A DNA stretch of 61,380 bases, taken from contig JBIOYC010000076.1 of NCBI GenBank assembly GCA_044869955.1, positions 1 to 61,380 of the forward strand, written 5' to 3'. Shown in pieces: positions 31,450 to 40,066 of the stretch (its first letter is position 1; each line of letters opens with the position of its first letter). Under the pieces are notes generated by a model. The model did no database searches, had not been told where the DNA came from, and was given only the letters and a program-made list of their open reading frames with translations. A program made the position numbers and the translations under genes. The stretch is from Thermoanaerobaculia bacterium (GTDB lineage Bacteria; Acidobacteriota; Thermoanaerobaculia; Multivoradales; SZUA-115).

Positions 31450-31983
31450 ATGGAGAGGCCGTCCAGACGCATCCTCGGGCTCGACCCCGGCAGCCTGCAC
31501 ACCGGTTACGGCGTGCTCGAGGCCCGGGGCAGCGAGCTGCGTGCCCTCGCCGTGGGCCGCATCTCGGCTCGCCGAGGCGATTCACTGCCGTCCCGACTGG
31601 CTCAGCTGGCGGTCGAGGCAAAGGAGCTGCTGGTCCGCTGGCAGCCCGAGATCGTGGTAGTGGAAGCCCCGTTCCGCGGCATCAACTCGCGCTCCTTGAT
31701 CGTCCTCGCCGAGGCGCGGGGCGCGCTGCTCGCCGCAGCGGCCCTGTTCGGCGCCGAAGTCCGCGAGTTCTCGCCGGCAGAGGTGAAGTCCGCCGTCACC
31801 GGTTACGGGCGGGCGGAAAAGGAGCAGGTCGCGCGCATGGTCCGAGTGCTCCTCGCGCTGGGCCAGGAACCTCTGCCTTTCGACGCCACCGATGCCCTGG
31901 CCGTGGCGATCTGCTGCGCACAGCGGTCGCGCATGGACTCCCTGGCGGCTCCTGCGGAGACTTCGCCGGCGACGCGGAAATAA
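31450..31983 (+). CDS. ruvC: Holliday junction resolvase RuvC
   Basis: ILGLDPGSLHTGYG, VVEAPF, EVKSAVTGYGRAEKEQV, DATDALAVA. Confidence 0.95.
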   Translation: MERPSRRILGLDPGSLHTGYGVLEARGSELRALAVGRISARRGDSLPSRLAQLAVEAKELLVRWQPEIVVVEAPFRGINSRSLIVLAEARGALLAAAALFGAEVREFSPAEVKSAVTGYGRAEKEQVARMVRVLLALGQEPLPFDATDALAVAICCAQRSRMDSLAAPAETSPATRK

Positions 31984-32082
31984 TTGAAGCAGCATCACTT
32001 CATCGGACCGGCCGGCGGCTACCGCCAGCATTCGCTGTGCTAACATCCCGCCCCTAATCGAGGTCGAGGGCGCCAAACAGAC

Positions 32083-32901
32083 ATGGCATTTCAGGGCTCG
32101 CTCAAGGAGCTCCCGCTGCCCGACATCATCCAGCTGGTGTCGGTATCCGGAAAGACGGGTGTCTTCGAGCTCAAGAAGGGGGCTCAAGCGGGGGAGATCT
32201 TCCTTCGCGACGGCCAGATCGTGCATGCCACGGCCGGCAGCCTGGCGGGAGAAGAGGCCGTCTATGAGCTCGCCGTTTGGACCGACGGCGAGTTCCTCTT
32301 CCAACCCAGCAGAGAGACCGCGACCGTCACCATCAAGAGATCCAACACCAACCTCTTGATGGAGGCCGCGCGCCGCATCGACGAGTGGCAGATCCTCTCC
32401 AAGCGGATCCCTTCGACCCGTCTGGTGCCGGTGTTCACCGAGCAGGCCAAACGCACTTCGGTGTCATTGACCCCCGCGGAGTGGCAGCTGATCGCCAAGA
32501 TCGACGAGCGCCGCTCGGTGGAAGAACTCTCGGTGGCTCTCAAGGAGAGCCCGTTCGACGTCTGCAAGAACCTCTACGGTCTGATCACCTCCGGTTTGGT
32601 CGCTCTCGAGGAGAACTTGTCGGAGCTGGCCCTCGAGCGCGTCCTTCGGCTTGCGCCTCCCCACATCGGTGCCCTTCTCGATCGAATTCAGGCGGCGGCC
32701 ACCAGTCTCGCGAGCGGCGAAAGTGGCGTCGACCTCGATGCTGCACTGCGGCTGTCGCGGATCGAGCTCGACTCCGGCCGCGGCCTCGATGCGGTGGTTG
32801 ATCTGGTCCGCAGCAGCTTCAAGGCGGTGCACTCGGTAGGTGGAGGGGCAGCAGCAGAGTCCTTCCGTGATCAGCTGCGCCGCCTATTGGCTGCGGTCTG
32901 A
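32083..32901 (+). CDS. DUF4388 (PatA-N-like) domain protein
   Basis: MAFQGSLKELPLPDIIQL...KTG...GEIFLRDGQIVHA...LLMEAARRIDEW, followed by a wHTH-like segment. Confidence 0.85.
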   Translation: MAFQGSLKELPLPDIIQLVSVSGKTGVFELKKGAQAGEIFLRDGQIVHATAGSLAGEEAVYELAVWTDGEFLFQPSRETATVTIKRSNTNLLMEAARRIDEWQILSKRIPSTRLVPVFTEQAKRTSVSLTPAEWQLIAKIDERRSVEELSVALKESPFDVCKNLYGLITSGLVALEENLSELALERVLRLAPPHIGALLDRIQAAATSLASGESGVDLDAALRLSRIELDSGRGLDAVVDLVRSSFKAVHSVGGGAAAESFRDQLRRLLAAV

Positions 32902-32994
32902 GTGGGCTGTGCTAAGATTCCAGAGCCTTTAGAGAAGATCTGCTGCTCCTAAAACCCAAGAACCCTCGGCTGTCGACGAGTAAGGGAGGAAGAG

Positions 32995-34422
32995 ATGAAA
33001 GTGAAGAGCCTGTGCCTCGTTGCCGCCCTGGCGCTCGTCCCGTCGCCCGGCTGGGCGGACAACGGTTCGCTCGGCCCCAGCGTCACGGGTGAGACCGGGT
33101 TGTTTAACCTCTTCTCGGGCGAGACCCTGCCTCAGGGTCAGTGGTCGCTCGGCTTCTACTACAACAACTGGGATCGCGTGGTGATCCCGGACTCTTTGGG
33201 GCCGGTCCCGGCCAACTTCTCCTCGGAGTGGGACTACGATTGGCATCGCCTCTCCGCCAGCGTGGCCTACGGGGTCACCGACACCCTCGAGCTGTCCCTC
33301 CTGCTTCCCTACGACACCTTCGACGCCAGCGACAACGGCCGCTTCGGCAGGATCAATGGCCGCTACTTCGTCAATGAGATCGAGGCGGACGGGCTCGCCA
33401 ACTTGCGCCTCGGCGCCAAGTGGAACGCCTACACCTCGGCGGACAAGCAGAGCCACTTCGCCCTCAACGGTTTCGCCGAGCTGGCGACCGGCGACGACGA
33501 CGAAGGTGTGGCGACCGGTGACACGGGCTTTGGCCTCGGCGTCGCCTACGACGTCAACAACTGGGTGTTCAACCTCGGCTACCGAGATCCCGGTGACCCC
33601 GACAGAGTGGATGTGCCCCAGGAGTTGACGGCTGGGGCCGGTTTCGCCGCCAGGATCTCCGATCGCTTCTCGTGGATCACCGAGGTGCAGGCCATCGTCT
33701 ACTCAAGCGACGATCCCCAGCCCGACGACAACGTCGACCTGACCACCGGCGGCCGCCTCTGGCTCGACGACGAGGAGAAGTGGGCCTTCAACTTCGCTCT
33801 TCGCACGGACCTCCTGCAACTCGACAACACGGACGAGTTCTGTCCGCTCGGGGGCCTGATCGGCCTGACCTACTTCCCGCGCATGTACCGCGAGAAGCAG
33901 GAGGCCGCTCGCCTGGCCGCCGAGGAAGAGGCCCGACGCAAAGCCGAGGAGGCCGAAGCCGCCCGCCGCGCCGCCGAGGAAGAGGCCAGACGCAAAGCCG
34001 AGGAGGAAGCACGCCGCAAACCGGTGCCGCCCCCGCAGCCGCCTCCGCAACCACCCCCGCCGCCTCCGCCGCCTCCGCCGCCGGCGATCGAGGAGGTCTG
34101 CCAGTTCGCCGCCAACTCGAGTCGGGTCGACAACCGCTGCAAGGCCACCCTCGATGAGGTCGCCTTGCGGATGAAACAGGAAGGGCAGCGAATCGGCCTG
34201 GTCATCGGCTACACCGACTCCCAGGGCACCGCAGCGGCCAACCAGCGCATCAGCGAACGGCGCGCCGAGGCGGTGAAGACCTACCTGGTGACCCGCCACG
34301 GTATCGACCCGGCGCGAATCAGCACCGAGGGCCGGGGCGACGCCGATCCGGTGGGCGACAACTCCACCGCAGCCGGCCGTGCCCAGAACCGCCGGGCCGT
34401 GATCATCCTCAAGGTCCAGTAG
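32995..34422 (+). CDS. OmpA-family outer-membrane protein (beta-barrel, charged helix and polyproline linker, OmpA-C peptidoglycan-binding domain)
   Basis: Signal peptide; GYTDSQG, NQRISERRAEAVK, GRAQNRR. Confidence 0.9.
   Translation: MKVKSLCLVAALALVPSPGWADNGSLGPSVTGETGLFNLFSGETLPQGQWSLGFYYNNWDRVVIPDSLGPVPANFSSEWDYDWHRLSASVAYGVTDTLELSLLLPYDTFDASDNGRFGRINGRYFVNEIEADGLANLRLGAKWNAYTSADKQSHFALNGFAELATGDDDEGVATGDTGFGLGVAYDVNNWVFNLGYRDPGDPDRVDVPQELTAGAGFAARISDRFSWITEVQAIVYSSDDPQPDDNVDLTTGGRLWLDDEEKWAFNFALRTDLLQLDNTDEFCPLGGLIGLTYFPRMYREKQEAARLAAEEEARRKAEEAEAARRAAEEEARRKAEEEARRKPVPPPQPPPQPPPPPPPPPPPAIEEVCQFAANSSRVDNRCKATLDEVALRMKQEGQRIGLVIGYTDSQGTAAANQRISERRAEAVKTYLVTRHGIDPARISTEGRGDADPVGDNSTAAGRAQNRRAVIILKVQ
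33916..34006 (+). repeat. Intragenic direct repeat, 2 x 37 nt with 54-nt period, encoding AAEEEARRKAEE
   Basis: gccgccgaggaagaggcc(c/a)gacgcaaagccgaggagg at 33916 and 33970, one mismatch. Confidence 0.85.
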
Positions 34423-34447
34423 TCCACGGCGGACCGCGATCGACCAC

Positions 34448-34480
34448 AAGGGGGCGCCTAAGGGCGCCCCCTTTCCTTTA
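34448..34480 (+). terminator. Intrinsic terminator between the convergent ompA-like gene and ftsX
   Basis: AAGGGGGCGCC-TAAG-GGCGCCCCCTT stem followed by TCCTTTA. Confidence 0.8.
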
Positions 34481-34487
34481 GGCTCGT

Positions 34488-35393
34488 CTACTCGACGGCC
34501 CCGAGCTTCTCTCGGCGCAGCGAAGCGATTGCGCCAGCCAGACCGGCGCCGGCACCGAGGGCCACCAGGCCGGCGATCTCGGCCGGGGAAAGGAAGCGGG
34601 AGAGCAGCAGCTCGCCCCAGGCCGAGCTCGCGACTCGTGGCTGCAGCAGCTGCCAGGCGGCGAACAGCCCGCCCCCAGCCAGACATCCGCCCAGCAGGCC
34701 CTGGAGCAGTCCCTCGGCGTAGAACGGGCCGCGAATGAAGAACTCCGTGGCACCGACCAGCCGCATGATCGCGATCTCGTCGTGGTAGAGGTAGGCCGTC
34801 AGACGCACCACGCTAGCGATGGTGAAGACGGCCCCTGCCAGCAGGACCAGCCCCAGGCCGAGGCCCAGAGCCCGCGCGACCGAGACGGCAGTGGCGAGCT
34901 GAGCGAGCCAGTCCCGATCGTCGTCGACCAGCGCGACGCCAGGCATCTCTCCGAGACCCTCCACCCAACGATCGTACTCCCCGGCATGCCCCGCACCCGC
35001 CGCCACCGCCACCTCGAGGGACGCCGGCAGCATTTGCTCCCCTCCCTCATCGACCAGATCCGCCAGGCTGGGGAAGGTCTTGCGGAAGCGCTCTCGAGCC
35101 TCGGTCTCGTCGACTCGGCGGGCTCCTCGGACCCAGGGCGTCGCTCGAAGCTTCGCCTCGAGCGAGGTCAGGATCTCCGGCCCGACCCCTGGCTGGAGAT
35201 AAACCACCACCTTCCACTCACGCCGCCACCGGGCGACCAGCTCCTCGAGGTTACCGCTCGCCAGCAGGAACGCTCCACCGACGAAGAGGCTGACGCCGAT
35301 GGTCAGCACCGCGAGCAGGCTGACCCGCCAGCTGCGCCAGAGGTTGATGCTCGCTTCACGGAGGAAGAACCCGAATGCCTTGCCGAGGGTCAA
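34488..35393 (-). CDS. ftsX: Cell division permease FtsX
   Basis: EIAIMRLVGATEFFIRGPFYAEG; four TM segments; follows ftsE. Confidence 0.92.
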   Translation of the reverse strand: MTLGKAFGFFLREASINLWRSWRVSLLAVLTIGVSLFVGGAFLLASGNLEELVARWRREWKVVVYLQPGVGPEILTSLEAKLRATPWVRGARRVDETEARERFRKTFPSLADLVDEGGEQMLPASLEVAVAAGAGHAGEYDRWVEGLGEMPGVALVDDDRDWLAQLATAVSVARALGLGLGLVLLAGAVFTIASVVRLTAYLYHDEIAIMRLVGATEFFIRGPFYAEGLLQGLLGGCLAGGGLFAAWQLLQPRVASSAWGELLLSRFLSPAEIAGLVALGAGAGLAGAIASLRREKLGAVE

Positions 35394-36196
35394 GACGCCT
35401 CCTCAGCAGGGGAAGGTCCGTCGACGGAGGGAAGGTTCCCCTCCGATTCCTGCTCCGAGCTCGGAGGCGGCTCGGCAGCCGTTTCGAGCCCGGCTGCTCG
35501 GTCCAGCGGCTCGGCGCGCGGCTCCGTGCCCGAGACCAGCTCGTCCCCCGCCACTCGTCCGCCCTCGAGCATCAACACTCGCCCCCCGACGCGGTGGATG
35601 GTGTCCCGATCGTGGGTGGCCAGGAGCACCGTGGTGCCCCTGGCATTGATCTCGAGGAACAGACGCAGGATCTCGCGCGAGAGGTCGGGGTCGAGATTGC
35701 CGGTGGGCTCGTCCGCCAGCACCAGCTCCGGCTGGTTGATCAGTGCTCGAGCAATCGCCACCCGCTGCTGCTCACCGCCCGACAGCTGGAGGGGAAAGGC
35801 CGACAGGCGGGACCCGAGGCCCACCCGCGAGAGGGCCTCGTGGGCCAGGCGGCGCTCCTGCTCCCGGTCCATCCCGAGGACGCGCGGTAGGAAGGTCACG
35901 TTCTCGAGGACGGTCTTGCGCGGGATCAACCGGAAGTCCTGGAAGACCACGCCGATGGTCCGACGCAGAAAGGGGATCTTGCGTGCCGGGATCGACGAGA
36001 CATTGCGCCCATTGACCACGATCTGGCCGACCGACGGCGCCTCCTCGCGGAAGATCAGCTTGAGCAGCGTCGTCTTCCCCGCGCCACTGGGTCCGGTGAG
36101 GAAGGCGAACTCGCCCCGGCGGACGTGGAAGCTCACGTCGTCCAGCGCGAGCTGACCGCCGGGGTACGCCTTGGTGACGTTGAAGAAGCGGATCAT
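35390..36196 (-). CDS. ftsE: Cell division ATPase FtsE
   Basis: GPSGAGKTT, RRTIGVVFQDFRLI, LSGGEQQRV, ADEPTGNLD. Confidence 0.95.
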   Translation of the reverse strand: MIRFFNVTKAYPGGQLALDDVSFHVRRGEFAFLTGPSGAGKTTLLKLIFREEAPSVGQIVVNGRNVSSIPARKIPFLRRTIGVVFQDFRLIPRKTVLENVTFLPRVLGMDREQERRLAHEALSRVGLGSRLSAFPLQLSGGEQQRVAIARALINQPELVLADEPTGNLDPDLSREILRLFLEINARGTTVLLATHDRDTIHRVGGRVLMLEGGRVAGDELVSGTEPRAEPLDRAAGLETAAEPPPSSEQESEGNLPSVDGPSPAEEAS

Positions 36197-36341
36197 GTCG
36201 GCGGCGGGAGTCTATCCATCTTCCCGACGACACGTACCCCGGGGCGTCACTCAGCCCGGGAGCCAGGGGATGGGGGGGTCCCGCGCCGGCAGCGAGGGCT
36301 CGGTCGAGAGGATCTACGGGCAGCGGTAGCGCGGGGTGAGT

Positions 36342-36449
36342 GCCGTGGTCCCTTTGATCTCAATTCTCGCGCGCCAACGAGGACGCGCTCAATGGCCGAG
36401 CCTCTTGCGAGGTGTCAACCACCATCTCAATTGGTCATGGGGCCACGGC
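36342..36449 (-). ncRNA. Candidate structured RNA (~108 nt, three-way junction) upstream of ftsE
   Basis: Closing stem GCCGUGG/CCACGGC plus CAAUU/AAUUG; arm 1 UGGUUGA..CCUC-GCAA-GAGG..UCGGCCA (GNRA loop); arm 2 GCGCGUC/GGCGCGC; 5' end lies 6 nt after a -10 box. Confidence 0.55.
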
Positions 36450-36455
36450 TTCGTC

Positions 36456-36485
36456 ACTTTAGCGTCACCGTCATCCATCTGTCAA
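36456..36485 (-). promoter_or_regulatory. sigma70-type promoter for the candidate RNA and/or ftsEX
   Basis: TTGACA-N18-TAAAGT on the minus strand. Confidence 0.65.
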
Positions 36486-36561
36486 GGGTAACCTGACCGT
36501 CGGCTGGCATGCGCCTCCAGCGGGTAGGGTGACGACTCTGGCCTCGGCTTAGAATGCCAGC

Positions 36562-37233
36562 GTGTCCCTGCTGTCCACCGAGTACGCGATCCTGGGGCAA
36601 GAGGCCGGCCCGTGGCGGGTGCGCTTCGTGGGTCGAGGCCCCAGGACCTCGTCTCCGGTCGAAGTGCTGGCCGCCCTCACCCCCGAGTCGGCACCCTCGG
36701 CCAGCTGGCTCGAGCAGGTCCACTCGGCCGAGGTAGTCCGCGCCGAGCCCGGGAGGTGCGGCGAGGGCGATGCGCTGTGGACGGACCGAGCCCGTCTGGC
36801 CTTGGCCATCACCACCGCCGACTGCGTGTCCGTGCTCCTCGCCGGTGACGGCTTCTCGGCGGCCATCCACGCCGGGTGGCGAGGAATCGTCGCCGGCGTC
36901 CTATCCCAGACCCTCGGCCGGCTGCCCCTGGCCTCCAACCGTCTTCGGGCGTGGATCGGGCCTGCAATCGGGCCCTGCTGCTACGAGGTGGGCGAGGACG
37001 TCGCCCGCGCTGTCGAGGCGGCGGCAGGAGCGCCGGTGATCCAGACCGGCCGTGGCCCCCGGCCCCACCTCGACTTGGTGGCAGCGGTCGAGGCGCAACT
37101 GCGTGCCCGGGGTGTCACGCTCGTCGAGCGCCTCTCGCCCTGCACTCGCTGCAACGTCGAGAGTTGGCACAGCTTCCGCCGCGACGGCGCCGAAGCGGGC
37201 CGCAACTGGGCCTTTATCTGGCGGGTTTCCTAG
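36562..37233 (+). CDS. pgeF: YfiH/PgeF (laccase-domain) family protein
   Basis: EQVHS, TADCVSV, IHAGWRG, IGPAIGPCCYEVG, CT..HSFRR. Confidence 0.88.
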   Translation: MSLLSTEYAILGQEAGPWRVRFVGRGPRTSSPVEVLAALTPESAPSASWLEQVHSAEVVRAEPGRCGEGDALWTDRARLALAITTADCVSVLLAGDGFSAAIHAGWRGIVAGVLSQTLGRLPLASNRLRAWIGPAIGPCCYEVGEDVARAVEAAAGAPVIQTGRGPRPHLDLVAAVEAQLRARGVTLVERLSPCTRCNVESWHSFRRDGAEAGRNWAFIWRVS

Positions 37234-38336
37234 TACGACACGGCCGAGGGACCTCGGAAGCCCCGAGCCTCGCGCCCGAAGGCTCGCAGCTGGCCGCAAG
37301 CTGCGCTCACGTCGTCACCACGGCGACGCCGGATGGTCGCGATCCAACCGCGCTCGCGCAAGCGATCCCGGAATCGCTCGACATCCTGCGACCGAGGCGG
37401 CACCATGCTCCCGCCGAGCACTGGATCCGCGTTGATGGGAATGAGGTTGATCTTGGCCTCCAGGCCACGAAGCCGCTGCGCCAGAGCGTCAGCGTCCTGC
37501 GGCTGGTCGTTGAAGCCCCGGATCAGCAAGTACTCGAAGGTCAGCCTACGACCCGTCTCGAGCGGATAGCGCCTCAGGGCTTTAAGCAGCTCGGAGAGCG
37601 GATAGGTCTTGTTCACCGGCATGATCCGGCTGCGTCGCTCGTCGTCCGGGGCGTGGAGCGAGATGGCGAGGTTCGGCCGCTTGGGCCACCGAGCCATGGC
37701 CTCGATACCGGGCAGGATCCCTACCGTCGAGAGAGTGATCCGACGCCATGAGATCGACTCGGTGAGGATCGCCAGGGCCTGCTCCACGGCTGGTAGGTTG
37801 AGCAAGGGCTCACCCATCCCCATGAACACGAGGTTGAGGCCGGCGGCGTCGAGCTGTCGCTGCCGCTGCACCGCGATCACCTGACCAACGATCTCCCCGG
37901 CAGTCAGGTCCCGGCCGGCTCCCCAGTAGCCCGTGACGCAGAACTTGCAGGCCATGGCGCAGCCGGCCTGACTCGAGAGGCAGAAGGTGCGGCGGTCGCC
38001 GTCCGGAATGTCGACCGTCTCGATGGTTGTGCCATCCCCCAACTCGAAGAGGAACTTCTCTGTGCCGTCTTCCGAGCACTGGCGTGCCGCGGTTTGCGGC
38101 AGGCCCACCGTGAAGCGCCGGGCTAGCTCGTGACGCAGCTGCTTGGGCAGGTTGCTGATGTCCTCGAAGCGGGCGACCCCGTCGTGATGGAGCGCCCGGT
38201 AAATCTGCTCGACTCGGAACGGGCGGTCGATCAGCCCACCCAAAGCCGCCGCGAGCGCAGGGCGACTGAGCCCGAGCAGGCTGAGCCGGTCCACGAGATC
38301 GGATTCACCTGAGGTAGAGGAGGATGGCGCAGTCAT
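37230..38336 (-). CDS. rlmN: Dual-specificity RNA methyltransferase RlmN (radical SAM)
   Basis: CLSSQAGCAMACKFC, FMGMGEP, ISLHAP, AACGQL. Confidence 0.95.
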   Translation of the reverse strand: MTAPSSSTSGESDLVDRLSLLGLSRPALAAALGGLIDRPFRVEQIYRALHHDGVARFEDISNLPKQLRHELARRFTVGLPQTAARQCSEDGTEKFLFELGDGTTIETVDIPDGDRRTFCLSSQAGCAMACKFCVTGYWGAGRDLTAGEIVGQVIAVQRQRQLDAAGLNLVFMGMGEPLLNLPAVEQALAILTESISWRRITLSTVGILPGIEAMARWPKRPNLAISLHAPDDERRSRIMPVNKTYPLSELLKALRRYPLETGRRLTFEYLLIRGFNDQPQDADALAQRLRGLEAKINLIPINADPVLGGSMVPPRSQDVERFRDRLRERGWIATIRRRRGDDVSAACGQLRAFGREARGFRGPSAVSY

Positions 38337-38384
38337 CGCTGGAGCTGCTCTCCGCCCGGGCGGGACGGACGGCGTTAATACCCT

Positions 38385-38687
38385 TCAGTTGCTTCTGCGG
38401 CGACGCAAGCGTCGGGTGGGGTCGATTCCGATCGAGCGGAGGAAAGCCAAGTCCTGGACGTTGATCTGGAAGGACGGATCCCCGCAACCGACCCGCCCGG
38501 CACCAGCCACCACCGGCTCCAGGGCAGAAGCCTCACTGGTGCAGTCGAGCAGGAGGTGGAGGCGGTATCCCTCGCGACGGATCTTCTCGAGAGTCCGGGT
38601 GAACCGCGGCGACTCGGCGAGGGCGTCGTTGACCGCTCGCCCCAGGTCGCGCAGCATCGCTTCGAGCTCGGGGTCCAGTTGACTCAT
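38385..38687 (-). CDS. Small hypothetical protein (100 aa)
   Basis: MSQLDPEL...LGRAVNDAL...FQINVQDLAFLRSIGI; has its own promoter upstream. Confidence 0.7.
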   Translation of the reverse strand: MSQLDPELEAMLRDLGRAVNDALAESPRFTRTLEKIRREGYRLHLLLDCTSEASALEPVVAGAGRVGCGDPSFQINVQDLAFLRSIGIDPTRRLRRRRSN

Positions 38688-38721
38688 CGATCGTTTTCGC
38701 GTCGTCAGCGAGTGAGAGGCG

Positions 38722-38750
38722 ATTATCCCCACGGACTCCTGGGGAGTCAA
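38722..38750 (-). promoter_or_regulatory. sigma70-type promoter
   Basis: TTGACT-N17-GATAAT upstream of ATG 38687. Confidence 0.55.
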
Positions 38751-38782
38751 ACCGGCCCTGGAGAGGTGCTAGCGTTGCCACC

Positions 38783-39763
38783 ATGGAGGATCTCGCGCAG
38801 CTACCCGAGGGCTGGCGCAGCTGGGTGCAAGCGGCTGGGCTGCCCTCGCCAAGCCTCGCTCCCCTGACCGGCGACGTTTCGACGCGACGCTATTTTCGGG
38901 TGACCAGTGGCGCTCGAACCGCGGTCTTGGCTGTCTACCCCACGGAGCTCCGTCCCGCGTGCAGCCGCTTCCTGGCCACGACCGCGCTGCTCGAGGGAGT
39001 GGGAGTGCCAGTGCCCGCCGTTCTTGCGAGCGATTGCGAATCCGGTCTGATGCTGGTCGAGGACCTAGGCGACTCGACCCTTTGGCATCACCGTGGGCTG
39101 CCCTGGAGCGAGCTGGCTCAGGCCTTCGAGACCGCTGCCGAGCTGGGCGTGAGTATCGCCAAGCTGCCGCTCGAGGTGGTCGCGACCCTCTCTCCTGCGC
39201 TCGATCGGAGCCTGCTCGAGCGGGAGCTCGAGCAGACTCTGCGCAGCTTCCTCCGGCCTATGGGATTTCTGGCCTCACGTTGGGAAGCGGAGCAGGTGGA
39301 GACGGGACTCCGTGACCTGTGCGACCGTGTGGCGAGTCAACCGGTCGCGGTTTGCCATCGCGACTTCATGGCCCGAAACCTCGTCCCTGGATCTGGGGTC
39401 GAGGGCGAGCTGTTCGGCGTCCGGCTCACCGTCCTCGATCACCAGGACCTCCGCCGTGGCCCGGCCGCCTATGACCTGGCTTCCTTGCTCAACGACAGCT
39501 TGTTTCCGACCAGAGCAGTCGAGGACCGCCTGCTCGAACGGTTCCTCCCCGGCATCGGTAGCGTCGAGGACTACCATGCCGCAGCCGCCCAGCGTGCCCT
39601 CAAGGCGGTGGGGACCTACGCCGCCTTCGCCGAGCGGGGTCACCGTCGTCACCTGCCCCTGATCGCTCCCACCCTCGAAAGAGCGATTCTGCACCTCTCG
39701 GGCCTGCCCGAAGCATCGCCGTTGGTGGCGGGCCTCCGGGGCGGCTCTGACCGCATCTGCTAG
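38783..39763 (+). CDS. APH/choline-kinase-fold phosphotransferase (AmgK-like anomeric MurNAc/GlcNAc kinase)
   Basis: LTGDVSTRRYFR, VEDLGD, CHRDFMARNL, LDHQD..GPAAYDLASLLND, QRALKAVGTY. Confidence 0.8.
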   Translation: MEDLAQLPEGWRSWVQAAGLPSPSLAPLTGDVSTRRYFRVTSGARTAVLAVYPTELRPACSRFLATTALLEGVGVPVPAVLASDCESGLMLVEDLGDSTLWHHRGLPWSELAQAFETAAELGVSIAKLPLEVVATLSPALDRSLLERELEQTLRSFLRPMGFLASRWEAEQVETGLRDLCDRVASQPVAVCHRDFMARNLVPGSGVEGELFGVRLTVLDHQDLRRGPAAYDLASLLNDSLFPTRAVEDRLLERFLPGIGSVEDYHAAAAQRALKAVGTYAAFAERGHRRHLPLIAPTLERAILHLSGLPEASPLVAGLRGGSDRIC

Positions 39764-39835
39764 ACTGCTCGGAAACCAATGGGGCGGGCCCCGAGGACGG
39801 ACTGCCTGCCTGCTCACCTTGGGGGAACTACCATC

Positions 39836-40060
39836 ATGCTGACCGTCGCCGCCCTCTTCCCAACCCTCGGTCTGCCCGAGCTGCTGGTGATCTTCCTGAT
39901 CTTCGTCCTGATCTTTGGAGCCTCCAAGCTGCCGCAACTCGGCCGCGGCCTCGGTGAAGGCATCAAGAACTTCAAACAGGGACTGAAGGGCGGGGAGGAG
40001 AAGGTCGAGCAACTGCCGCGCTCGACCTCCCAGCCGACCGAAACCCGCAACGACGGCTGA
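39836..40060 (+). CDS. tatA: Twin-arginine translocase subunit TatA
   Basis: LGLPELLVI...[21 protein letters not shown]. Confidence 0.93.
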   Translation: MLTVAALFPTLGLPELLVIFLIFVLIFGASKLPQLGRGLGEGIKNFKQGLKGGEEKVEQLPRSTSQPTETRNDG

Positions 40061-40066
40061 GCGGCT

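Noticed and set aside
31450-31983. ruvC without ruvAB, and a lone tatA at 39836
   Set aside because: Dispersal of these genes is common and cannot be judged from one window.
36342-36449. Identification of the structured element as SRP RNA, 6S RNA or tRNA
   Set aside because: No SRP domain IV motif, too short and branched for 6S, no T-loop or CCA. Left as unknown.
38764-38779. GG-N10-GC pattern resembling a sigma54 site
   Set aside because: Poor -24 match, and the implied TSS would fall inside the CDS. An extended -10 explains it better.
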